From an uncultured Verrucomicrobiota bacterium (lineage in GTDB: Bacteria > Verrucomicrobiota > Kiritimatiellia > CAIVKH01), in NCBI GenBank assembly GCA_937894535.1, contig CALBHI010000156.1, positions 1 through 47,221 of the forward strand: 47,221 nucleotides of DNA, in the 5' to 3' direction. The stretch's first letter is position 1. The number at the start of each line of letters is the position of its first letter. This document shows, one piece after another, positions 8,537-17,900 of this stretch. The position numbers and the translations under genes were made by a program. The notes under the pieces were generated by a model that was given only the letters and a program-made list of their open reading frames with translations, had not been told where the DNA came from and made no database searches.

Positions 8537-9303
8537 AGCGGGTTGCGGGCGGCGGCGCTCCGTACTACGAGTCCGACGAGGCGCTGGAGCAGTACCTGTT
8601 TTTCCATTACGGGTCGGTGGCTGACTACCTGCCGTTTCCCGGTTCGCCGCGCCGTGCGTTCGGGTATCCGGCGCGCGCGGTGAAAGAGCTCGTGGATCGT
8701 CGCAAGCTGCCGCGGTTGCCGCGGGCGCTCGACCTCGGGTGTGCGGTCGGCCGCACCAGCTTCGAGTTGTCGCGGTGGTGCGGCCACGTCACCGGCGTCG
8801 ATTTGTCGCGTGCCTTTATCCAGGCGGCCCGCCGGATCCAGCGGGGCGGGGCGGTGCCGGTGCGCTATGCCATCGAGGGCGACCGGCGCGGGCAGGCCAT
8901 GGTGCGGTTGCCCTCCGGGGTGCACCCGGAGCGGGTTCGATTTACCCAGGGCGATGCCATGGCCCTGCCGCCGCGCCTCGGGCGGTTTGATCTCGCCGTG
9001 CTGCTCAACCTCATCGACCGGGTTCCCGACCCCGCCGCCTGCCTTGCCGCGTTGGCCGACCGCCTCCACCCCGGCGCCCAGCTGATCATCGCCTCCCCCT
9101 ACACCTGGCTGACCGACTACACCCCGCGGGAGCGGTGGCTCGGCGGTCGGGAGGCCCAGACCACGTTTGCCGCCCTCTCCGAATTGCTCGCCCCGCGGTT
9201 CCGGTTGCTTCGCCGTCGGCAGATCCCCTTCATCCTGCGCGAACACGCCCGGAAGTACCAATGGAGCGTGGCCGAAGGGACGGCCTGGCAACTGGTTAAA
9301 TAG
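8533..9303 (+). CDS. Class I SAM-dependent methyltransferase resembling the stand-alone OvoA C-terminal (putative 4-mercaptohistidine N1-methyltransferase) family, 256 aa
   Basis: - ATG at 8533 overlaps the upstream stop (ATGA), indicating translational coupling.
- The N-terminus YYESDEALEQYLFFHYG matches the signature I associate with that family.
- SAM motif I is LDLGCAVGRTSFELS.
- The track ORF start at 8353 is an out-of-gene extension. Confidence 0.6.
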   Translation: MKRVAGGGAPYYESDEALEQYLFFHYGSVADYLPFPGSPRRAFGYPARAVKELVDRRKLPRLPRALDLGCAVGRTSFELSRWCGHVTGVDLSRAFIQAARRIQRGGAVPVRYAIEGDRRGQAMVRLPSGVHPERVRFTQGDAMALPPRLGRFDLAVLLNLIDRVPDPAACLAALADRLHPGAQLIIASPYTWLTDYTPRERWLGGREAQTTFAALSELLAPRFRLLRRRQIPFILREHARKYQWSVAEGTAWQLVK

Positions 9304-9365
9304 CTTGAAATAGTTTGTAAATTGTTCAGTCTTTCGCCATCGTTAACTATCCAACTCGGGAAACC

Positions 9366-9881
9366 ATGACGCGAAAGAACGCTTACAGCTACGATGAATT
9401 GTTGGCCGCGGGGCGCGGTGACTTGTTCGGACCGGAGTCGGCCCGGCTCCCGTTGCCGAACATGCTGATGTTCGACCGGATCACCGAGATCACCGAAGGC
9501 GTCGGTGCCTACCAGGCCGGCATCGTCCGGGCCGAGTTGGACATCAAACCGGAGTTGTGGTTTTTCGGCTGTCATTTCCAGGGTGATCCGGTCATGCCGG
9601 GTTGCCTCGGGCTCGATTCGTTGTGGCAGTTGACCGGGTTTTTCCTCGCCTGGTCCGGGCACAAGGGCAAGGGCCGTGCGCTGGGCGTGGGCGAGGTCAA
9701 GTTCACCGGGCAGATTTTACCCACCAGCAAGGTGGTCAGTTACACCATCGACATCAAGCGGGTCATCAACCGCAAGTTGGTGCTCGCCATTGCCGACGGC
9801 AAGGTGGCGGTGGATGGCAAGGAAGTGTACACGGCCGACAGCCTCAAAGTCGGCTTGTTTGAATCCACGGACGGATTCTAG
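9366..9881 (+). CDS. fabA: 3-hydroxydecanoyl-ACP dehydratase / trans-2-decenoyl-ACP isomerase
   Basis: 171 aa, collinear with E. coli FabA. Shared blocks include [37 protein letters not shown] (catalytic His and Asp context), [19 protein letters not shown] and LKVGLF. Confidence 0.93.
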   Translation: MTRKNAYSYDELLAAGRGDLFGPESARLPLPNMLMFDRITEITEGVGAYQAGIVRAELDIKPELWFFGCHFQGDPVMPGCLGLDSLWQLTGFFLAWSGHKGKGRALGVGEVKFTGQILPTSKVVSYTIDIKRVINRKLVLAIADGKVAVDGKEVYTADSLKVGLFESTDGF

Positions 9882-9892
9882 GAGTACTCTGC

Positions 9893-11110
9893 ATGAAGCG
9901 CGTAGTCATTACCGGAATGGGTATCGTGTCGTGCATCGGCAATTCGGCCGACGAGGTGACCGCCTCGTTGCGCGAAGGCAAATCCGGCATCAAGGCCCAG
10001 CCGGTCTATAAAGAGATGGGGTTCCGCAGCCATGTTGCCGGCGTGCCGGTGATTGATCTGGATGCGTTGATTGACCGCAAGGACCGCCGGTTCATGGCCG
10101 ACGCGGCCGCGTTTACCTACGCGGCCATGGCGAAGGCCATCGCCGATGCCGGCCTGACCCCCGAGATGGTGTCGAACGAACGCACCGGTCTGATCGTCGG
10201 GTGTGGCGGCGCATCGTCGAAGAACGTGGTCGAGGGCGCGGACACCGCCCGGACCAAGGGCGTGAAGCGCGCCGGTCCGTACCTGGTTACCCGCTGCATG
10301 ACCAGCACCGTGTCGGCCTGCCTGGCCACACCGTTCCGGATCAAGGGCTACAATTACTCCATCGTGTCGGCCTGCGCGACCAGCCTGCACTGCATCGGCA
10401 ATGCGTTCGAGCTGATCCAGTGGGGCAAGCAGGACATCGTGTTTGCCGGCGGTGGCGAGGAAGAGGATTGGACCTCGGCCATGATGTTCGATGCGATGGG
10501 CGCGCTGACCGCCCGGTACAACGAAACGCCGTCGGTGGCCTCGCGTCCGTACGACGCCAACCGGGACGGCTTTGCCATCGCCGGTGGTGGTGGTGTGGTC
10601 GTCGTCGAGGAACTCGAACACGCCAAGGCCCGCGGGGCGAACATCCTCGCCGAAATCGTCGGCTACGGCGCGACATCCGACGGCGAGAACATGGTGGCAC
10701 CGTCCGGCGAAGGCGCCGCCCGCTGCATGAAGATGGCCATGGCCACGGCCAATGCACCGATCCAGTACATCAATACCCACGGAACCTCGACCCCGGCCGG
10801 CGACATCACCGAGCTGAAGGCGGTCAAGGCGGCCTTCGAGGGCCAGGCCATCCCGAAGATCAGTTCGACCAAGGGACTCACCGGCCACTCGCTCGGCGCG
10901 GCCGGCGTGCATGAGCTTATCTACTGCCTGCTGATGATGAAGAACCGTTTCATCGCCGCCTCCGCCAACATCGAGACCCTCGATCCGGAAGCCGAAGGGT
11001 TCCCGATCGTCCGCCAGCGCGAAGACAACGTGGACCTCCACACCGTCATGACCAACAGCTTCGGCTTCGGCGGCACCAACGCCACGATCGTCCTCCAGCA
11101 ATACACCTGA
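9893..11110 (+). CDS. fabB: Beta-ketoacyl-ACP synthase I
   Basis: 405 aa.
- KAS I/II blocks: [17 protein letters not shown], active-site [40 protein letters not shown].
- Sits 11 nt after fabA with an AGGAG site 9 nt upstream, the classic fabA-fabB arrangement. Confidence 0.9.
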   Translation: MKRVVITGMGIVSCIGNSADEVTASLREGKSGIKAQPVYKEMGFRSHVAGVPVIDLDALIDRKDRRFMADAAAFTYAAMAKAIADAGLTPEMVSNERTGLIVGCGGASSKNVVEGADTARTKGVKRAGPYLVTRCMTSTVSACLATPFRIKGYNYSIVSACATSLHCIGNAFELIQWGKQDIVFAGGGEEEDWTSAMMFDAMGALTARYNETPSVASRPYDANRDGFAIAGGGGVVVVEELEHAKARGANILAEIVGYGATSDGENMVAPSGEGAARCMKMAMATANAPIQYINTHGTSTPAGDITELKAVKAAFEGQAIPKISSTKGLTGHSLGAAGVHELIYCLLMMKNRFIAASANIETLDPEAEGFPIVRQREDNVDLHTVMTNSFGFGGTNATIVLQQYT

Positions 11111-11295
11111 CCGCATCTGGTTGACCGGCCGTCACGGCACATCGAGGAGGGGCGCACACCCAACGTGTTCCTCCTTCCCGGGCTTCCGTCCGTCGTGTCG
11201 TTATCCCGCCCTCGCCAACCCTCGTGAAGGCCCGTTCAGGAAATCGAGTCGGTGGGTTCATCGCCGCGGTCGCGGTTCCTTCACGGGTTGGAGCA

Positions 11296-14088
11296 TCAGG
11301 GTTCTTCAGGCCATAAGCGCTGCAAGCGCGGGTCGGCAGGAATGTCGGTCGTCGTGAACCGTTCAAGCCGTTGTTCGCCCGCGGGTAGGGTGCGGCCGCT
11401 GCGGTGGCGGAAGGCGGCGTAGTGGACGGCCGAGGCGGCGCTGTCCGGGTCGAGCTGCAAGGCTGTTTCCAATGCGATGGCGGCGGCGTCCCAGGCTTCC
11501 AGTTCGATCAAGACCGAGGCCAGGGTATCCCATTGCGCAGGGCCATAGGGTTCGAGGGCGATGGCGCGACGGACATGGTGAAGAGCCTCGCGGGTGCGAT
11601 CCTGGGAGAGTTGCAGCCAGGCAAGGTTGTTGTAGGCGAGGGGGAGGGGCTGGCGGCTGATCGCCGCGAGCAGGGCGGCCTCGGCCGGCTCGTGCTGATG
11701 GGCGCGGGCGTGGCGCAGGCCGAGGGCGAAGTTCGCCCACGGATTCCACGGGTCGATGGACAGCAGCCACCGGAGATGGCGGTCGAGCGCGGCCTCGTCG
11801 TTGCGGTGCAGGTGCAGTTGGATGAGGCGTTCGAGGGTGAGCCGGTTGAGCGGCCAGCGGCGGTGGGCATCCTCGAGAAAGCGGACGGCCTGGCTGACAT
11901 CGCCGCGTTTCAGGGCTCGTTCGCCGAGCACGACCAGCAGCGGTGCCCAGTCCGCGCCGCGTTCCTCCATGCGCGTGAAGGCCGCATCGACCGCCGCATC
12001 ATCACCGAGTTCCGATCCGATCACTCCCAGCAGCATCCATGCCGCATCCGGTGCGTCGCTGGCGCGGGTTAGCGCTTGTACAGCGGTCAAGGCTTCGTTG
12101 GTGCGGCCGGTCAGTCGCAGGTGGAGCACGTTGGCGAGTCGCGGATCGTGCGGTGATGCGGCGGATTGCCATGCGCACCACTCCGCGATCCATTGCCGGA
12201 CGTGCGGATCGAAAATCAACCCTTCTTCGCGGGCAAGCGCTGACAGCAGGTCGGGTGCGCAACGGGCCGTGATGGCGCGCGAGAGCGACGTCGGAAGGTC
12301 GTCGCGATGCGCACCGGCCGCGGTGTTCAGGCGGGCGCTGAGGTTGTCCGGGCGGAGGCGAAGGGCTTCCGCGTAGGCTTCGCGGGCGAGGTCGGGCCGA
12401 CCGTGGTGTTCCAGGTAGACACCGAGGTCGTTGGCCGAACGGCTGAGTGCGCGCACGACCGCGGCGGCGGTCCGTCCAGCGTCGTCGTTGCGCACCGCGG
12501 TGCGGAGCAGCCGTTCGTTGTGCGCACGCCAGAATGCACGGTGGGTGTTGAGGCGCACCTCCAGGTCGAGGGGCTCGCCCGGGGCATGCGGTTCGTACCG
12601 TAGCAGCAGGGGCAAGGGTTCGAAACCGGCCAGAACCAGCGGTTGGTACCCGCCGCAGGCAACCAGGCCCCGACCGTCCGGCGGTCGCTGCTGGAGGCGT
12701 TCGGCCATCAATGGGCCGACGCCGACGCCGGCGAGGCTTTGGTAACGCGGATCGGTCATGCGTGCGGCAAGGTGGTGGCGGTAGGTGGCCCGATGATCAA
12801 ACGCGGGGTGAATGAATACCGGGTTGCGCCCCTGCTGAATGGCGGCCAGCCACAGCGGGGCGTCGAATGCGCCATCGGTGACGACCCAATCGTTGTTGTC
12901 CAGGTCCTCCCAGAAGGCCTCCCACACCGGTTGCACTGCATCGGAGGCGCGCGCGTTGAGGCCGGGCAGGCGAAGCAGGCCCGCGACCAGCGCTACCGCG
13001 AGGACCATCACGCGCAGGCCGGTTGCGTCATCCGGTCGACGCACCAGCCAGGGCCGGAGCAGCATCACACCCAGGCCAGCGAAGGTGATGGCGGCAATCA
13101 CCCACACCACGACGGCGTTCGGGGTATCCGATGCCGCGCTGGCGCCGGACAACGGGTCGGCGACGTGCACCAAAAGCAGGACCGCCATCAGGACGTGCGG
13201 GATCCACCGGGTGAACCGGTGAGGCCGGCGCACCGGTCGGATGGCGCCACGCCATGCGATGAACAGCATCGCTCCGGCTACCGCGGAAAGGGCCAGCCAG
13301 CCAGGCGGAAACAGGCGCATCATCCGTTCCGCGTGCCACGCCGCGGCGAGATCGGGGAACCATGACCAGCCGTGCTGCAGGCGTGCCCACAACGCGATCA
13401 GCAGGATTGCTCCGCTCGCCACCCCGGCTGCGCCGGTGAGCATGGTCCGTGCGATGAACCTCGATGGTACCGCGAGCGACACCATGCCGGCGAGCAGCCA
13501 CAACATCAGCACCGGCGCGGCGAGGGTCATGAAGGGCGATTCGACGAAACCCAATCCGGCCATGAACGCCGCGGCGGGCAGGTAGCCGGAGTTCGAACCG
13601 GACAACCCCTTCTGGATACCGTACACCGTGAACACCAGCATCAACAGGCCGCACATATCCGGACCGGCCCGCGTCGCGGCCCACCAAAAGCCCGGTGCCA
13701 GGGCCAGGTAGGCCAAGGCCAGCCGCGCCCCAAGGCCGGCGATGGCGGAGCGGGCGGTATCGGTGTGGGCGAACAGGGGGATCCGCTCGACCACGCGTGC
13801 GAGCAGGGCCAGCACCAGCAGGGCGGCGACCAGGTTCAGCAGCGCGGCGCCCACGGCCAGTCCCGCCGGCGACAGGTTGGCGAGCGTGCGCACCAACCAG
13901 CCGGTCAGTGGGTAGACCCCGGGTTCGATCGAAGGGGTTGCCAGATGCGCGAAAAGCCAGGTTGTCGGATAACCCGCGCTTGGGTAAAGGCTTAAGGATG
14001 CGAGGTAAAAGATGGCCCACACCGGCAGGTGTCTGCGGGCGTCCAGCCAGCGGAGCAACAGGCTCATTCGGTGGGCGAAAACCGTCAT
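11296..14088 (-). CDS. Polytopic membrane protein with C-terminal TPR domain, paralogue of 3939-7106, about 930 aa
   Basis: - Same architecture as 3939-7106, with alignable blocks. NDWVVTDGAFDAPLWLAAIQQGRNP matches DRAWLVTNTMLDDQIAIEAKLRGVP. DLGVYLEHHGRPDLAREAYAEALRLRPDNLSA matches NLGVLLEDAGRPDEAYACYQQARLLAPDNLSA.
- The track ORF starts with TTG at 14145. I prefer the ATG at 14088 (MTVFAHRMSLLLRW); the ATG at 14067 is also possible. Confidence 0.7.
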   Translation of the reverse strand: MTVFAHRMSLLLRWLDARRHLPVWAIFYLASLSLYPSAGYPTTWLFAHLATPSIEPGVYPLTGWLVRTLANLSPAGLAVGAALLNLVAALLVLALLARVVERIPLFAHTDTARSAIAGLGARLALAYLALAPGFWWAATRAGPDMCGLLMLVFTVYGIQKGLSGSNSGYLPAAAFMAGLGFVESPFMTLAAPVLMLWLLAGMVSLAVPSRFIARTMLTGAAGVASGAILLIALWARLQHGWSWFPDLAAAWHAERMMRLFPPGWLALSAVAGAMLFIAWRGAIRPVRRPHRFTRWIPHVLMAVLLLVHVADPLSGASAASDTPNAVVVWVIAAITFAGLGVMLLRPWLVRRPDDATGLRVMVLAVALVAGLLRLPGLNARASDAVQPVWEAFWEDLDNNDWVVTDGAFDAPLWLAAIQQGRNPVFIHPAFDHRATYRHHLAARMTDPRYQSLAGVGVGPLMAERLQQRPPDGRGLVACGGYQPLVLAGFEPLPLLLRYEPHAPGEPLDLEVRLNTHRAFWRAHNERLLRTAVRNDDAGRTAAAVVRALSRSANDLGVYLEHHGRPDLAREAYAEALRLRPDNLSARLNTAAGAHRDDLPTSLSRAITARCAPDLLSALAREEGLIFDPHVRQWIAEWCAWQSAASPHDPRLANVLHLRLTGRTNEALTAVQALTRASDAPDAAWMLLGVIGSELGDDAAVDAAFTRMEERGADWAPLLVVLGERALKRGDVSQAVRFLEDAHRRWPLNRLTLERLIQLHLHRNDEAALDRHLRWLLSIDPWNPWANFALGLRHARAHQHEPAEAALLAAISRQPLPLAYNNLAWLQLSQDRTREALHHVRRAIALEPYGPAQWDTLASVLIELEAWDAAAIALETALQLDPDSAASAVHYAAFRHRSGRTLPAGEQRLERFTTTDIPADPRLQRLWPEEP

Positions 14089-14182
14089 GAATCGATCGAT
14101 ATATGCTTGATGCAGGTGCGATCGGGCAATATTTTTCCCTTGCAAGCGAGGGTACCATCAAACAGGTAGGGGGCGCGTAATC

Positions 14183-14905
14183 GTGCGGTTGTTCCTTGGG
14201 AGTGTCTGGTTTTCCTTGGCCTCGATGCTGGCATCCTACGCAGCGTTGGTGGACGATCCTATGCATCATGCCGCGCTTGCGCGCCGAGCGGAGCGTGAAC
14301 GCCCCGTCCTTCCCGGCCAGCTCTCCCTGGCGGGCAATGCCTTGGTCAACGCCGACTTCGCATCGTCCCTCTCGGGGTGGAGCTCGTCCGGTGATGTACA
14401 GGTGGTTTCCGCGGAAGCGGTGCTGGCCGACACCACCGCGAATCCGGCGTTGCTGTACCAGCAGGTTGGATTGACCGGAGGGCTTTATACCATCACCTTC
14501 GACTACCAATCCGGCCTGTCCTCGAACACCGCGCCGGGCAATTTTCCCGACACGTTTTTCGCGTCGCTTTACTTCATCAACGGCACCGGGACGATCGATG
14601 TCGTCAACGGGATCTTTGATGATGCGGCGGGGTTGATGGACCTCGATGCCTCCGGCGTGTTCAACCTGGCGGGACTGATCGGCCCGAGCGCCAAGGGACC
14701 GGACTGGCATCAGTTCAGTTACCAATTCAACCTTGCCTACGATCAGGTTGCCGTCGCCTTCGAGTTGGCCGGCATCAATGGAACCCCGGGTGACAGCGCG
14801 GTGCGGATCGACAACGTATCCATCGTGCTGGTTCCTGAACCGGCATCGCTGCTCTTGATGATAGGCGGAGCGGGACTGCTCGCGTACCGGAGGCGTCGGG
14901 CATGA
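14183..14905 (+). CDS. PEP-CTERM sorting-signal protein with a jelly-roll/CBM-like body, 240 aa
   Basis: - GTG start with a hydrophobic signal peptide (MRLFLGSVWFSLASMLASYAAL).
- The C-terminus VPEPASLLLMIGGAGLLAYRRRRA is a textbook PEP-CTERM motif: PEP, a TM helix, then an Arg cluster.
- The stop overlaps the next start (ATGA at 14902). Confidence 0.85.
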   Translation: MRLFLGSVWFSLASMLASYAALVDDPMHHAALARRAERERPVLPGQLSLAGNALVNADFASSLSGWSSSGDVQVVSAEAVLADTTANPALLYQQVGLTGGLYTITFDYQSGLSSNTAPGNFPDTFFASLYFINGTGTIDVVNGIFDDAAGLMDLDASGVFNLAGLIGPSAKGPDWHQFSYQFNLAYDQVAVAFELAGINGTPGDSAVRIDNVSIVLVPEPASLLLMIGGAGLLAYRRRRA

Positions 14906-17900
14906 AGCGCTGGTTCGCCATGGTTGCCGTTGCGTGCATCGCCACGGCGCTCCACGCCCAGCCGCCACCGGCATTGAACCAGGTGCGCGAACAGCTTCAC
15001 ATTGTCACGGCCAACGAACGTACCAGCCTCGACCGGATGACCGGAGAGATGGTCTCCACCGTGGACGTGTGGTTGTACAATCTCGGCGGGCGGGTGCTCG
15101 AGGGCCCGGTCCACCTCATCGCCCGCACCACCGGCGACCAGGTCCGGGTCGAAGGCGCGCTCGGGGATACCAACGACCCGCTCTACCAAGCCGCCTACCT
15201 CGACCTGTCGCCCCAACTCACCGGCAACCGCCTCGCCGCCAACCAGGCCCTTTCCGCCACCCTCACGTTCCGCTACCCCCGCGGCACCGTCATGTCCTAC
15301 GGCCTCGAGCCAAGGGCCCGCTTGCTGGAGGAGCCGCCCCCCATCCTGACGGTCCTGCCGTTCACCTCGCCCATCAGCGAAAACGAGCGCATGACCATTG
15401 GCGTCGAGGCCAGTGACCCGTCCGGGGTGGGGGTGGTTCTTTTGGCCGAACCGTCGATCAGCAATGCCACCTTTTCCGCCACATCCGGGGTAGCCGCAGC
15501 CGGGACCTTCGTGTTTGCGCCAACCAACGGACAAGCCGGGTTGTACACCCTTCGCTTCACCGCCCGCGATACCCTCGGCCTGACCACGTCGGTTGTGGTC
15601 GAGGTCGAAGTGCTGCGCGCCAACCAACGCCCGGTGGTGAACCGCCTGGAGCCGCGCGTGGTGACGGTCGGCGAGTCGCTCCTCGTCCCCGTCTCGGTCG
15701 TCGATGCCGATGGCGATCCGTTGGCCGTGACGGCCGATCCGCTCCCCGACAACGCGGTGTTCTCCTCGGCTTCCCAAACCCTGCTGTTCACCCCCGCCGT
15801 CACGCAAACCGGTGTCTACGATGTGGGTTTCTATGCCAGCGACGGCGTGCTGATGAGCTCCACCCAGGTGTTGGAAATCACCGTCCTGCCCGCCCCAACT
15901 GCCGCCCCCGACGACACCAACCAGCTCGTGTTGGTGGTGAACCCCGTGCAAAGCCCCTCCCTGGTCAACCGCCAGCGCATCACCGGCTTCGTCAACGCCG
16001 GGACCGCGCAGCCGCCGGTGCAAGCGCGTTCAGCCCTGATCACCGGCCTGAATCCGGTCAACCTGACCGCCGGACAACGCACCAACCTGACCATCACCGG
16101 TCAGGCAACTGGACTCTTCGAGACACACTTTGACTTTTCCAGCCAGGTGATTATCGGCAACGGGATCGCCGTGGAGAGTCTGATCGCCGCCGCGCCGCAC
16201 AGCCTGGTCGCGACGGTGCGGGTCGACACCAACGCCGCGCCCGGCCCGCGCGGAGTGACCGTGCTGACTTCCAACGAAACCGCAATTTCCATCGTGGCCC
16301 TGCAGGTCGGCGCGGCCAGTGCGAACCTGTCCGGCGTGGTGCGCGATCCTGAAACCGGGCAGCCCATCGCCGGCGCGCGGGTCACCCTTCAAGGTACGGG
16401 CTTTTCCGTGGTCACCGGTCTGGACGGCTCGTTCGTGTTCAATGGTATTCCGCCCGGCGCGGGAAACCTGATCGTGAACAGTCCGAACCACGAATTGTTG
16501 CGCATTCCCTTTGAGGCCATCCTCGGCGAGACCCAGGATATCGGCGCGTTGACCCCGGCCCCGACCGTCTTCAATCCAACCGCCCCGGCCAGCGTGTCGC
16601 TGCTCAGTGTGCTGGGCCGCGGGATCGGCTCGATGTCCGGCGGCGGCGGACTCGACGAGCAAAAACGCACCGTCATCGACACCCTCCTGCTCGTCGGCGG
16701 CACCGAGGCCGGCGTGTTGGATGAATTCGGCAACCAGCTCAATCCCGACATCACCGGAAACGGACTGATCAGCATGACCGGCGAAGGCGTCCGCCAGCTC
16801 GCCCAGAAAATGCAACGCGGCGCCGAATCGATCAGCCTCGTGGATCTGCTCTTCGCGATTTCCTACGGATTGCGCTGGGAAAACGACACTCCGCCCACCC
16901 TCGCCGAGTGGCTGGCCGACTTGCAACAGGTGGTCAATGCGGCCTGGGCGAATCCCAACGATCCCGACAACCTGATGCCGATTCTGATGTTCAACCGCGG
17001 CAACCGCCTGCTGCCGGCGCCGCCGGAACTTTCACCCGAAACCCGCCTGACCCCCATGCAGGCCTTCCTGTTCATGGCCAGTTGGTGGACGACGATCTTC
17101 ACCGAGCCAAGCCCCAACGCCCGCGTCATCGGGCTGCCCGAAGAAACCATGCTGGCCCGCTTCGGCCGGGGACTGTGGGCGTTGATCGGCCCCTCCGCCG
17201 CCTATGCCGAACCCCCGCCACCCGCCTCCAATAAACGCTTTACGAAATTCTGGCGCGGCCTCTACCAGCAGCGGAACGACTACCTGATCGGCAGCGGCAG
17301 TGGCGGCATCATCGGCGGCGCCTTTCAGAGCTACCTCATGGGCGTTTCACAACTGGCCATGCCCTCGGCGAACCTGCTCGGCCTGCAGTTGAATTTCGCC
17401 AGCGCGAATACCCTGCTCGGTCCGGTCATGGACAATCTTGGCGCCGCGCTCGGTGTGGCTGGACTGGCCGCCCAAGTGCCGGAACCGCCGCCCGACCGCA
17501 GCGTCCAGGCTCGGGTCGTGGTCGATGAGGGCGCGGTTTCCGTCGTGGTGCAGTTCGACAAGAGCCGGTCGCATACCCGGACACTGGACTCGCAGGCCGC
17601 CTCGACCGATACCTATATCTACAGCTTGTGGCGGTTCCGCGATGCCAACGGCCCCCGCGACCTCGTCGATTTCAGCGTGTGGAACAAGGACACCGTCATC
17701 AGCCTCCCGCTGCCCGGCGGCGCGGTGGAACAGGTGCGCGTCGGCAATCTTGGTCAGCGCGATCTGGGGTTGGAATTCTTCGACTCGATGAAGCTGGCGC
17801 TCCGCGATGCCGACCCGCTGCCCGCCACCGTCATCGGCGGTCAGTCCGCCCGGCCCGGCGCGGCGACCTGGTTCTATTCCGTCACCACCACGCGGGTGCG

